DNA of 32,000 bases from Dickeya dadantii NCPPB 898 (GCF_000406145.1 NZ_CM001976.1:1742551-1774550), one strand, 5' to 3'. Counted from the first letter of the stretch, positions 1 through 9,081 are shown. The notes: generated from the letters alone by a model not told the origin. Program-made: numbers and translations.

Positions 1-333
1 TTTTTCCACCACAACATCCCGTCGCCTTATGACGTGGAAATGGCGATCGCCGCTATTGAAGACCTGCTTCAGTCAGCACCTGCGTTACGTCAGGTAGCGC
101 AACATTTCTCTTCCGCCGACCATTATCTTAAAGAGATAGCGCGTAGCGCCGGCAGCCATGACATGTTGACTCAGCAACAAATCGAGAACGTGTTCAACCG
201 GGTGGCGGATGTTATTTCCGGCAGCCCCTGGCGTGATGGTGAATTCCCGGATGAGACGGGCTTTATCAGCTACCTGATCATTGTGCGCGAGCTATCGCAC
301 CATCTTAATATTCAGCAGATCACGCTGGCATAG
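1..333 (+). CDS. 3' end of a gene entering from upstream of the window; product not recognised (hypothetical protein)
   Basis: Frame 1 is open from nt 1 (FFHHNIPSPYDVEMAIAA...) to TAG at 331-333. The listed ORF 34..333 is only its Met-initiated tail. No motif I can name. Confidence 0.5.
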   Translation, partial: FFHHNIPSPYDVEMAIAAIEDLLQSAPALRQVAQHFSSADHYLKEIARSAGSHDMLTQQQIENVFNRVADVISGSPWRDGEFPDETGFISYLIIVRELSHHLNIQQITLA

Positions 334-386
334 TACGCGGTTCGCTCGGTAAAAGGGGCTGTATCAATGACGATGCATCATCATGG

Positions 387-1304
387 TTATAACGCGCGGA
401 TTATCGGCCTTTTGCGTTGACGCTGATCGCACCACAGCGTGAAGATCCCAGCCATGACGATAATCGACGCCCCAAGCAAGGTGGCGTTGCCGGGTAAGCT
501 GTCGAGAAACAAATAACCTATCACCATCGACCACACTAGCGTGGTGTAATCAAACGGTGCGAGTAGTGAGGCGTCGGCATAGCGCAGGCTGAGCGTGACC
601 AGAATTTGCGCCAGCCCGCCAAATACGCCGCAGCCAATCAGCAACGCCCATTGCCCGCCAACAGGACGTGCCCAGCCCCAAAATGTGGTCGAGAGGCCAA
701 TCAGCGTCGTCATCAGCGAAAAATAAAAAACGATCGCCCCCGGCGTTTCGACGCCATTCAGGAAGCGAATTTGTACATTTGATGTGGCGGAACAGAGTGC
801 CGCAAGCAAGGCAAAGAGCGTTCCCAGCGCGGCGTCGTCAAAGGTGAAGCCGGATGCCCATAACGTGTGACCGAGAGTGAGGTTTGACGACAGCATAATC
901 ACAATGCCGCTAAAGCCGACCAGAACCGCCAGCCAACGATAAAAGCGTACTGTCTCTTTCAGCAATATCGCGGCCATGAGAACGGTAAATAGCGGTACGG
1001 CATAACTGATGGCCGTGGCGTCGGCCAGCGAGATGTAAATCAGTGCCAGATAGTTGAAATACATACCGCCAGTACCGGATAAACCGCGAATAACATGGCC
1101 GAAAATATTTTGCGTTTTGATGCTTTCTCTAATACTGCCTTGTAGTTTTAACCACAACAACAGTGGAAATAGGGCGACGAATGAGCGGAAAAAAATGACT
1201 TCTCCGGTGGGAATGGCGCCGTGTAGGCCTTTGACGCAGGCCAGCATTAATGTCGCACACAGCGCTGACATTATTTTCAGCAATATCCCAAGTTTGGCAT
1301 TCAT
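387..1304 (-). CDS. EamA/DMT-superfamily (drug/metabolite) inner-membrane transporter
   Basis: 305 aa, almost entirely hydrophobic, with about 10 predicted TM segments in two similar halves, typical of EamA repeats. The C-terminus is basic (CDQRQRKRPIIRAL). AAGGTAAG lies upstream of the ATG at 1304. Confidence 0.85.
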   Translation of the reverse strand: MNAKLGILLKIMSALCATLMLACVKGLHGAIPTGEVIFFRSFVALFPLLLWLKLQGSIRESIKTQNIFGHVIRGLSGTGGMYFNYLALIYISLADATAISYAVPLFTVLMAAILLKETVRFYRWLAVLVGFSGIVIMLSSNLTLGHTLWASGFTFDDAALGTLFALLAALCSATSNVQIRFLNGVETPGAIVFYFSLMTTLIGLSTTFWGWARPVGGQWALLIGCGVFGGLAQILVTLSLRYADASLLAPFDYTTLVWSMVIGYLFLDSLPGNATLLGASIIVMAGIFTLWCDQRQRKRPIIRAL

Positions 1305-1593
1305 TGTCTTACCTTTTACAACCTACCGGTGTAGATGAGCCCTCACCTTAAAACGCCGGTAAAGTGCACTGATAAGATAATTTCCCTCTGTCCGAATAAT
1401 CTTTTCTTATTACCGGATTCCGCCTGTGGGGCGTGATAGTGGTCATATAAATTGTGTATCTCGCGACAGGGTTTCCCTCTTATGCCGTTAACCGCAAAGT
1501 CCGTATATTCCAGAGAATACGGGCTGCCGTACTGGGCCGCTCCGGTAATAAAAAGTCGTGTATTCAAAGCATTAACACTTTGGGGGAAACATC

Positions 1594-2430
1594 ATGACAG
1601 TAAAAAAATTATCTGCCGTTTTGGCGTCGTCGGTTTTATTCACCAGCATTGGCGCGCAGGCGGACCTGCTGGCCGATATGACTGCCCGGGGGGAGTTGAA
1701 GTGTGCGGTTTATTCTGATGTTCCCCCGTTTTCATCACCGGATGCGAACACACGTCAATTGGTGGGAATGGATGTCGACCTGTGCAATGCGCTGGCGAAG
1801 CAAATGGGGTTGAAGCTGGTGCTGGTGCCGACATCGGTAGAAGCCCGCATTGCCGTGATTGTTACCGGGCGCGCCGATGTGCTGATCGCCAATCTGGCCT
1901 ACACGAAAACCCGCGGTAACCAAATCCAGTTCAGCGATCCGTACTACGTGGCTAAAGAGATGTTGCTGGTGAAGAAAGAGAACGCAGATAAAACCCTTGA
2001 GTATTTCAAAGGCAAACGCATCAGCGCGACAAAAGGAACCACGTCTGAGCAGTCGATCAACCTTAAAGGCGGTAAAGCGGTTACCTTCCAGGATTCAGCG
2101 TCCGCATTTCTCGCGCTGGAACAAAACAAAGCGGTGGGATTTGTCACCAATATGATGACCGGTATCAAGATGATCTCACAGGCGAAAAAAGACGGTATTG
2201 AACTGGCGATGATCAAAGAACCAATGGCGCTGGAACCGATTGGCGTGGGCATGAAACGTGACGAACCGGCACTGCTGGCTGCCGTCAACACCAGCCTGAA
2301 AACCATGGATGACAATGGAACCATCGACAAAATCTGGGAGAGCTGGATTGGGCCGAACACCGAATACAAAATGGTGCGCGAAGAGCGTGTGCAGCCGTTG
2401 TCGAGCCTGAAATTTGAACCGCTGGAATAA
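1594..2430 (+). CDS. Periplasmic polar-amino-acid ABC transporter substrate-binding protein (SBP_bac_3 type)
   Basis: N-terminal Sec signal peptide (MTVKKLSAVLASSVLFTSIGAQA|D). About 255-aa mature two-lobe binding-protein-like sequence (GMDVDLCNALAK..., YTKTRGNQIQFSDPYY). GGGGGA Shine-Dalgarno before the ATG. Confidence 0.9.
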   Translation: MTVKKLSAVLASSVLFTSIGAQADLLADMTARGELKCAVYSDVPPFSSPDANTRQLVGMDVDLCNALAKQMGLKLVLVPTSVEARIAVIVTGRADVLIANLAYTKTRGNQIQFSDPYYVAKEMLLVKKENADKTLEYFKGKRISATKGTTSEQSINLKGGKAVTFQDSASAFLALEQNKAVGFVTNMMTGIKMISQAKKDGIELAMIKEPMALEPIGVGMKRDEPALLAAVNTSLKTMDDNGTIDKIWESWIGPNTEYKMVREERVQPLSSLKFEPLE

Positions 2431-2437
2431 GTAAGTT

Positions 2438-3127
2438 ATGGGCTGGTTAGCGCAACACGCGTCTGTTTTTCAGGAGGCGGATGTCACCCTCTCGACCATG
2501 GGGAGCCGGGCCTGGTTGGTGGAAGCGCCAGGGGAATTTAGCCTGGCTGCCCAGCGGCGCATCTGGTCACTGGCGCAAATACTCGCTCACTGTGATGATG
2601 TCGAAACGCTGATTCCCGGCGTCACCAATTTGCTGGTATTGCTCAAACGTACCCCGGAAGAGGAGGAGGCTTTCCCGCAGCGGCTGCGTGAATACTGGCG
2701 GCAGGCACGGGAAGTGACTCCGCAAGGACGGCTGATCGAAATTCCGGTTCACTATGGCGGCGTGCTGGCAAGCGATCTGGCAGCGGTTTGCCACCATACC
2801 GGTTTGAGCGAAAAAGAGGTCATTCGTCGCCATTATCAGGGGAGCTACACGGTTGTTGCGCTGGGTAGTGCCCCCGGTTTTGGTTATCTGCATGGGTTGG
2901 ATCCGCAGCTCGCGACGCCGCGTAAAAAAGTACCGTCGCTCAATATGCTCAAGGGCACGGTTACCATTGGCGGAGCACAGACGGGGGTGTCGGTGTTGAC
3001 CGGACCCAACGGCTGGAACGCCATCGGCTATGCGGATTTGCAGGTCTTTGACCCTTACGCAGCCAGCCCCGCATTGATGGCGCCCGGTGATAACATCCGT
3101 TTTTTACCCGAAAGGATCGAACTGTGA
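2438..3127 (+). CDS. pxpB: 5-oxoprolinase subunit PxpB-like (KipI / 'allophanate hydrolase subunit 1' family)
   Basis: Collinear by eye with E. coli YbgJ/PxpB as I recall it (SLAAQRRIW, IEIPVHYGG, GLSEKEVI, GFGYL, TPRKKVP, GGAQTGV, GDNIRF). Its stop overlaps the next start (GTGA at 3124-3127). Probably a paralogue, not the housekeeping copy. Confidence 0.85.
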   Translation: MGWLAQHASVFQEADVTLSTMGSRAWLVEAPGEFSLAAQRRIWSLAQILAHCDDVETLIPGVTNLLVLLKRTPEEEEAFPQRLREYWRQAREVTPQGRLIEIPVHYGGVLASDLAAVCHHTGLSEKEVIRRHYQGSYTVVALGSAPGFGYLHGLDPQLATPRKKVPSLNMLKGTVTIGGAQTGVSVLTGPNGWNAIGYADLQVFDPYAASPALMAPGDNIRFLPERIEL

Positions 3128-4104
3128 TTGAAATCGAGCGCACGGGTGCGCTGAACACGGTGCAGGATTTGGGACGCTTTGGCTTTCGTCATCTGGGGGT
3201 GTCGGTGAGCGGCGTGATGGACCCGCTGGCTCTGCGGGCGGGCAATGCGTTGTTGGGTAATGACGATAACGCCGCCGCCGTTGAGGTGCAAATGTTCCCC
3301 TTTCGTGTGCGTTTCCAACAGGATATGACGATCGCCCTGACGGGAGCGGATTGCCGTGCGCGGCTTGATGATGACGACCTGCCGCCCTGGTGGGGCTGCC
3401 GGGTTGCCAAAGGGCAGGTGTTGGAGATGCGCTATCCGCGTTCCGGTACGCGTGGTTACCTCTGTGTCGCGGGCGGAATTACGGTTCCCGAGGTATTAGG
3501 CTCGCGTAGTACGGCGTTGCGCGGCGGGTTTGGCGGTGTTGACGGACGTCCGCTACAGGCTGGCGATAGATTACCGACAGGTGCCGGCCGAATCACCTTA
3601 CCGCCGGGAGGGTTAGGCATTGAACCCCCGGAACTGGCGCTGTGCGAAGTGTTCCCGGCGGCGAATCAGGGCGTGGTGCCGGTGCGTGCTATTCCATCCG
3701 GTGAGTATGCCCTGTTCGCGGCCGAGCATGCGCGTTTCTGGCGGCAATCCTGGCAGATTTCCAGACAAAGTAACCGTACCGGTTACCGGCTTTCCGGCGA
3801 ACCGATTTACCCTTCCCACACCATTGAAATGCGCTCCTATGGCCTGATCCCCGGCATTGTGCAGGTTCCTCCCGCCGGGGAGCCGATCATTCAGTTAAGC
3901 GATGCCAATACGGCAGGGGGATACCCAAAAATCGCCTGTGTGATTGAGGAGGATTTATGGCGGCTCGGGCAGCTACAGGCCGGGCAGTCGATTCAATTCA
4001 TGCAAGGCGATGGGAAGCAGGCCATCGCGGCGCGGCGGGCGATTGAGGGCTGGCTGGCGCAACTGCGTGATTTTTCCCGTTGCTTTAACCACATGAACGG
4101 ATGA
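3124..4104 (+). CDS. pxpC: 5-oxoprolinase subunit PxpC-like (KipA / 'allophanate hydrolase subunit 2', biotin-dependent carboxyltransferase family)
   Basis: 326 aa with family hallmarks (TVQDLGR.G....GV..SG.MD..A.R.GN.LLGN; SNRTGYRL; ANTAGGYPKIA). GTG start coupled to pxpB. Gene order B-C-A as in E. coli ybgJKL. Confidence 0.85.
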   Translation: MIEIERTGALNTVQDLGRFGFRHLGVSVSGVMDPLALRAGNALLGNDDNAAAVEVQMFPFRVRFQQDMTIALTGADCRARLDDDDLPPWWGCRVAKGQVLEMRYPRSGTRGYLCVAGGITVPEVLGSRSTALRGGFGGVDGRPLQAGDRLPTGAGRITLPPGGLGIEPPELALCEVFPAANQGVVPVRAIPSGEYALFAAEHARFWRQSWQISRQSNRTGYRLSGEPIYPSHTIEMRSYGLIPGIVQVPPAGEPIIQLSDANTAGGYPKIACVIEEDLWRLGQLQAGQSIQFMQGDGKQAIAARRAIEGWLAQLRDFSRCFNHMNG

Positions 4105-4110
4105 CGACAG

Positions 4111-4881
4111 ATGATGAAAATAGATGTGAACGCCGATATGGGAGAAGGGTTTGGTGTCTATCAACTGTGCGATGACGCAGCCCTGATGCAAGTGGTTTCA
4201 TCGGCGAATATCGCCTGTGGCTTTCATGCGGGAGATCCGTCCATCATGACAAAAATGGTACGGCTGGCAAAGCACCGGGGGGTGGGCATCGGTGCGCATC
4301 CCGGTTTACCAGACAGATTAGGATTCGGGCGTAAAGAGATGGCCTTTAGCCACGATGAGATTTGTCAGCAGGTGATTTATCAGATCGGCGCACTGCAGGC
4401 GATAGCCAGAACCGATGGCGTAAGCGTGTCGCACGTCAGTTTTCACGCGGCGATGGGCAATATGATTAATCGGGATGAGACGCTGGCGCAGCAAGTGATG
4501 CTGGCGATTTACCGTCTTGACCCGGCGCTGATCATTTTTTGTCAGGCGGATACCATTATTGAACGGGCAGCCCAACAGGTGGGTTTACCCAGCCTGCCTC
4601 TGTTTCTGGCTGACCGCGCCTGCGACGCGACGGGGCGTCTGGTGCCGCGCGGTGCGCCGGGTGCAGTGATTACAGAAGAAGAGGCGGTGCGTAGCCGGGT
4701 GCGCCAGTTCCTGCAGCAAGGCACGATAACCACCGTTGAGGGGCACTCGCTTGCCGTGCGCGCCCAGTCCATTCTGGTGCATAGCGATACGCCGGGTTCG
4801 CTGAGGCTTGCACAGATTGTCCGCAGCGAGATTGAAGCCTGCGGCGCAGTGGTGGCTCCGGCTACCCACGTGTTGCAGTAG
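4111..4881 (+). CDS. pxpA: 5-oxoprolinase subunit PxpA-like (LamB/YcsF family)
   Basis: N-terminal KIDVNADMGEGFG and IACGFHAGDP motifs, typical of LamB/YcsF. 256 aa. Starts 7 nt after pxpC. Confidence 0.88.
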   Translation: MMKIDVNADMGEGFGVYQLCDDAALMQVVSSANIACGFHAGDPSIMTKMVRLAKHRGVGIGAHPGLPDRLGFGRKEMAFSHDEICQQVIYQIGALQAIARTDGVSVSHVSFHAAMGNMINRDETLAQQVMLAIYRLDPALIIFCQADTIIERAAQQVGLPSLPLFLADRACDATGRLVPRGAPGAVITEEEAVRSRVRQFLQQGTITTVEGHSLAVRAQSILVHSDTPGSLRLAQIVRSEIEACGAVVAPATHVLQ

Positions 4882-4902
4882 CGTGTCTGTGATTTGATTT
4901 AT

Positions 4903-4927
4903 CGGGGAGCGAGGGGACGTCTCCCCG
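4903..4927 (+). terminator. Candidate stem-loop between convergent pxpA and the aminotransferase gene
   Basis: CGGGGAG (4903-4909) pairs with CTCCCCG (4921-4927), 11-nt loop. Only a weak T-run (TGTTTT) about 15 nt downstream, so intrinsic-terminator status is uncertain. Confidence 0.3.
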
Positions 4928-5173
4928 ACATGCCGATACTGTTTTCAACGCCATCCTACCCAGACTGAACATGACCCGCGCCGACATCCTCGGCCGACGC
5001 GCTCATCCAGCTTCTTTTTTCCGTCTTCCAGACGCTTAAACCGCACGACCATGATGACAGCCGCAACATGACGAAGGCGCTCCGAACGGTGTCTAACAGG
5101 GCGTGGTAATCTGGTGGGGAGGTGCGGGCGTCGCCCCGGCAGGCATCCGCGCTACCGGGGAGAGTGGTGGTGT

Positions 5174-6376
5174 TTACCGGCAGCCTTTGCAAAATGCGGC
5201 GAGGCGTTCGCAACCGGTTTGCAGACGCTCCATGCTGGTGGCGTACGAGAGGCGAATATAGGGACTGATACCATAGGCCGCTCCCTGAACAGTCACCACA
5301 TGCTGCTCTTCAATTAATGCCATCACAAAATCTGTATCGCTGGCAATCAATCGCCCGGCGGCACTGGTTTTTCCGATAAACGCGGCGATGTTCACAAACA
5401 GATAAAATGCTCCCTGCGGCTTATGGCACGTCAGCCCGGGAATGGCAGCCAGTTTCTCCAGTACAAAATCGCGGCGCTCTCGATAAATCGCAGCGCGTTC
5501 TTTGAGCAAATCCTGAGGGCCATCCAGCACGGCGACAGCCGCCGCCTGCGTCAGCGTCGTAATGCCGCCGGCGTTCTGGGTGTTCACATTACTCATCGCT
5601 TTGATAAGCGACGCAGGGCCGCCGCAAAAACCCAGACGCCAGCCAGTCATGGAATAGGCTTTCGACACACCATTGACTGTCAACACACGGTTGTACAGCC
5701 GCGGTTCTACCTGCGCCAGCGTCAGGAATACGCAGTCGTCGTAAATCAGGTGCTCATAGATATCGTCGCTCAGGATCCAGACATGCGGATTATCGAGCAT
5801 CACATCGGCGATACCTTGTAATTCTTCACGACTGGCGACGGCTCCGGTGGGATTACTGGGGTAGTTCAGCACCAGCCATTTGGTTTTAGCGGTTACCGCC
5901 GCGGCGATATCCGCAGGCAGCGGCTTAAAGCCATGTTCTTCATGGCAGGGCACGGGGATGGGGGTAGCACCGGCGAATTTTACAATGTCCGCATAGCTAA
6001 TCCATGACGGCGTGGGGATCACCACTTCATCACCGGGATTCAGCGTTGCCATCATGGCGTTGAAGATGATCTGCCGGGCGCCCCCTGCGGTGATGATTTG
6101 GCTCAGGTCGTAATCCAGCCCGTTGTCGCGTTTGAATTTGCGTTGGATGGCCATCCGCAACGCCGGCGTCCCGTCGATGGGGGGATAGCGTGTGTCTCCG
6201 GCGAGTGCGGCGGCATGGGCCGCTTCAATCGCATGTACGGGCGTGGGGAAATCCGGTTCGCCGGTGGAAAGCCCAACAACATCAATACCCTGCGCGGCGA
6301 GATCCCGCGCCTTTTGCGTCATCGCAACGGACGCTGAAATGGCTATGTTTTTAAGTCGATCGGCAATTTCTGGCAT
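5174..6376 (-). CDS. PLP-dependent class-I aminotransferase (aspartate aminotransferase-like)
   Basis: 400 aa. NYPSNPTG, the PLP-lysine motif SKAYSMTGWRLG, and IRLSYA near the C-terminus. Divergent from the LysR gene. Confidence 0.9.
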   Translation of the reverse strand: MPEIADRLKNIAISASVAMTQKARDLAAQGIDVVGLSTGEPDFPTPVHAIEAAHAAALAGDTRYPPIDGTPALRMAIQRKFKRDNGLDYDLSQIITAGGARQIIFNAMMATLNPGDEVVIPTPSWISYADIVKFAGATPIPVPCHEEHGFKPLPADIAAAVTAKTKWLVLNYPSNPTGAVASREELQGIADVMLDNPHVWILSDDIYEHLIYDDCVFLTLAQVEPRLYNRVLTVNGVSKAYSMTGWRLGFCGGPASLIKAMSNVNTQNAGGITTLTQAAAVAVLDGPQDLLKERAAIYRERRDFVLEKLAAIPGLTCHKPQGAFYLFVNIAAFIGKTSAAGRLIASDTDFVMALIEEQHVVTVQGAAYGISPYIRLSYATSMERLQTGCERLAAFCKGCR

Positions 6377-6720
6377 ATCACAGGTGTTCCAGTTGGTTCA
6401 GCGGGGACCGCGCTTGCGCACGGTGGAGGGTGATGCGTGTTTGAGGATAGGGAACAGCGCTGGGGAGCGGATAATACTGCTTTATTGTGGCGACATAATA
6501 CAAAGCAATGACAGAAACCACGGTAAGCCCCCGCAACGATGCAATGCGGTGTCGATTTGCACCGCCGCAGTGCGGCGTACCCATGGTGGAATGCGGGTTG
6601 GGAGACGATTGTATGGATTGTGAGCGAATTACATCATAAGTAGCCGGTGTGGTTTCGCCATCATCATAACTGGCATATCCGTTGCTTAAGTGATGAGAAG
6701 GTCCTCACTGGAGAAACGCC

Positions 6721-7644
6721 ATGAATCTACGTCGCCTGAAATATTTTATCAAAATTGTTGATGTGGGCAGCTTAACCCAGGCGGCGGATATTCTGCATAT
6801 CGCCCAGCCCGCACTCAGCCAGCAACTGGCGACGCTGGAAGGGGAAGTGAATCAGCAACTGTTGATCCGCACCAAGCGCGGGGTGACGCCAACCACCGCC
6901 GGTAACATCCTTTATACCCATGCGCAGGCGATTTTGCGCCAGTGCGCGCAGGCGCAAAGTGCTATCGACCGTTCAGGAATGGAATTGTGCGGCAATGTTT
7001 CCGTCGGCCTGGCTCCCGGCACGGCGGCGCAGCAGCTTGCCATTCCACTGATGAAGGAGGTGCAGCGCCAACATCCCGGCATTGTGCTCTACTTTAACGA
7101 AAATTTCGGCACGACCTTAAGCGAGCTGATTATGAACGGGCGGATGGATATGGCGGTGATCTACGATAACCGTGCCATCCACGGGCTGCGCTTTATTCCT
7201 TTAATGAGGGAGCACCTGTGTTTTGTCTGTCCGAACAGTCTGGGTAAGCCGGTAAAAGAGATAGCGCTTGCCGAGGTGGCGCACTACGACCTGTTCGTGC
7301 CGCGCATCTACAACATCATGCGTAAGTGTGTGGATGACGCTTTTGTTAAGAAAGGGCTGGATTACCGGGTCGCCTGTGAAATCGAGTCGCAGACTACGCT
7401 CAATGCGGCGCTGGCGGAGGGGCTGGGTTGTACGATCATGCCGGAGTCCGCTGCACGCGCGATGCTGAAGGCATCCGATGCGTGGATGGCGAAAATTATC
7501 GAACCGGATGTCCATGCTTCGCTCTCGTTTTGCATATCCGACCATCTGCCGCTCTCGGAACCGGCAGAGGCCGTGAAGTCTATTTTGTTGTCACTGGTGT
7601 CGAACCGAACGCCGGATAACCGCCCGCTGATGCTGGTGAGTTAA
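6721..7644 (+). CDS. LysR-family transcriptional regulator
   Basis: N-terminal wHTH (LRRLKYFIKIVDVGSLTQAADILHIAQPALSQQLATLE) plus a C-terminal substrate-binding domain of about 200 aa. Classic divergent arrangement with a candidate target gene. Confidence 0.92.
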   Translation: MNLRRLKYFIKIVDVGSLTQAADILHIAQPALSQQLATLEGEVNQQLLIRTKRGVTPTTAGNILYTHAQAILRQCAQAQSAIDRSGMELCGNVSVGLAPGTAAQQLAIPLMKEVQRQHPGIVLYFNENFGTTLSELIMNGRMDMAVIYDNRAIHGLRFIPLMREHLCFVCPNSLGKPVKEIALAEVAHYDLFVPRIYNIMRKCVDDAFVKKGLDYRVACEIESQTTLNAALAEGLGCTIMPESAARAMLKASDAWMAKIIEPDVHASLSFCISDHLPLSEPAEAVKSILLSLVSNRTPDNRPLMLVS

Positions 7645-7752
7645 TAAGCCGCCCTTATTACCGTAAAACCAAACCCTCTTACTGGTCAGCCGTGCGTACA
7701 GGATAGAGTGAAGACCTTCACTGAAAATAGTTACCGGTAACCGGGTTCGGAT

Positions 7753-8184
7753 ATGGGAAAAACGATCACACTGAAGGTGTTACAGCAACTGGCCCGAAGC
7801 CTGCGCGCCACGTCGATTTCGCATGTCGCGCTAAAGGGCGAGACATGGTCGATTCGTCTTACCACCGTTCCACACGTTGCATTGCCCGCCGCGCCCGCGA
7901 AACCGTCTTGCGTAACGGCGCCGTCAACATCGCTGTGTGCCCCCGCGCCGGGGCGCGTGTTACTCCGCCATCCGCTGCTCGACGGCAATTTCGCGGTGCC
8001 GGGCGCGATGGTTAACCAACACGAGATGTTGGCGATGCTGAAGGTGGGCACCCTTTATTTACCTGTTCGAAGCACGGTATCAGGGCGGCTGATTGCTTTC
8101 ACCGTCAGCGATGGCGATGTGGTGGAGTTCGGCCAGGAAATTTTGAAAATTCAAGATGATGTGACTATGGCATCAGGATTATAA
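7753..8184 (+). CDS. Biotin carboxyl carrier protein (AccB)-like biotinyl/lipoyl-domain protein, non-canonical attachment motif
   Basis: Tripartite AccB-like layout: N-terminal LKVLQQLARSLRATSISHVALKGETWSIRL, a Pro/Ala-rich linker, and a C-terminal hairpin domain ending SGRLIAFTVSDGDVVEFGQEILKIQ. That end aligns ungapped with the E. coli AccB C-terminus (recalled). EAMKM is replaced by KVGTL. Confidence 0.75.
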   Translation: MGKTITLKVLQQLARSLRATSISHVALKGETWSIRLTTVPHVALPAAPAKPSCVTAPSTSLCAPAPGRVLLRHPLLDGNFAVPGAMVNQHEMLAMLKVGTLYLPVRSTVSGRLIAFTVSDGDVVEFGQEILKIQDDVTMASGL

Positions 8185-8306
8185 GACCCCCTTATCGCCT
8201 CAAACCATTTATGTCTTATACCGCCGGGGCATAACTGAATAGAGTCAAAAATACGCAATAAATACGCTGCGGCATTGATGACCGCAGTCATGACAGGAGA
8301 GGCAAA

Positions 8307-9059
8307 ATGCCATTTTCAGATTACAAAGTCGCTCTGGTAACGGGGGCGTCCGCCGGTATGGGGGAAGCCATCGTCGAACGTTTATGCCAGGAAGGTCTCA
8401 CTGTGCATGCGGTTGCCCGCAGGCGGGAACAACTGGCCGTACTGGCTGAACGTACCGGCTGTATTCCCCATGCGCTGGACGTGGCTGACCTCGATGCGTT
8501 GACCCACCTGTGCAGTGATTTGCAGGTTGATATTCTGGTGAATAACGCCGGCGTCTCGCACCCCGGTTCTATCCTGAATGCCAGTGAAGAGGTGATTGAA
8601 ACCCAGTTGAGCGTCAACCTGCGCGCGGTACTGCATCTGTGCCGCCTGCTGGTTCCGGGCATGGTGGCGCGTGACTGTGGCCACGTCATCAACATTACCT
8701 CTATCGCCGCTATTTATAACTTTAACGGCAACTCGGTTTATCACGCGACCAAAGCCGGGGTACATGCCTTATCGCGGCAACTGCGTGTTGACTGTTATGG
8801 CAAACGTGTTCGCATCACGGAAATTTGTCCGGGGCGGGTCGCCACCGATATTTTCGGCAACGTATCCGGCGATCATGAGGATGCCCGCCGACGGTTTATT
8901 GATGGCTTTGAGCTGCCACAGGCAAAAGATATTGCCGATTGTGTGGCCTTTGCCATTGGCGCGCCGGTGGCGGTGAACATCGGCAATATAGAAATTACGC
9001 CGACGCTTCAGGTTCCCGGCGGGCTGTCTACGATGCGGCCCGGCGAAAACGTCGTTTGA
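8307..9059 (+). CDS. Short-chain dehydrogenase/reductase (SDR) family oxidoreductase
   Basis: TGASAGMG cofactor motif, NNAG, and catalytic YHATK (YxxxK). 250 aa. AGGAGAGG Shine-Dalgarno. Confidence 0.92.
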   Translation: MPFSDYKVALVTGASAGMGEAIVERLCQEGLTVHAVARRREQLAVLAERTGCIPHALDVADLDALTHLCSDLQVDILVNNAGVSHPGSILNASEEVIETQLSVNLRAVLHLCRLLVPGMVARDCGHVINITSIAAIYNFNGNSVYHATKAGVHALSRQLRVDCYGKRVRITEICPGRVATDIFGNVSGDHEDARRRFIDGFELPQAKDIADCVAFAIGAPVAVNIGNIEITPTLQVPGGLSTMRPGENVV

Positions 9060-9081
9060 CCGGGTGTACAGGAGGCTCATT

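Noticed and set aside
345-365. Near-palindrome TGACGATGCATCATCA between the convergent first gene and the EamA gene
   Set aside because: As a hairpin it would have no loop, and no U-tract follows. It is too weak to call a terminator or a binding site.
1343-1567. 74-aa ORF (-) between the EamA gene and the binding-protein gene
   Set aside because: It has a TTG start without a Shine-Dalgarno, sits in the divergent promoter region, and has no family resemblance beyond a vague ITGAA string.
4956-5213. 85-aa ORF (-) downstream of pxpA
   Set aside because: It overlaps the 3' end of the aminotransferase gene in another frame, is Arg/Ser/Pro-rich like GC-rich off-frame translation, and has no start signals.
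6378-6584. 68-aa upstream ORF (-) ending 1 nt before the aminotransferase ATG (possible coupling or leader peptide)
   Set aside because: There is no Shine-Dalgarno before its ATG (CATTCCACC) and its composition is unremarkable. The tight stop-start spacing is noted, but without conservation data I do not call it.
9064-9081. GTG 9064 as the start of the first ABC permease
   Set aside because: AGGAGG at 9070-9075 sits at ideal distance from ATG 9082. The GTG has no Shine-Dalgarno and would place the ribosome-binding site inside the coding region.
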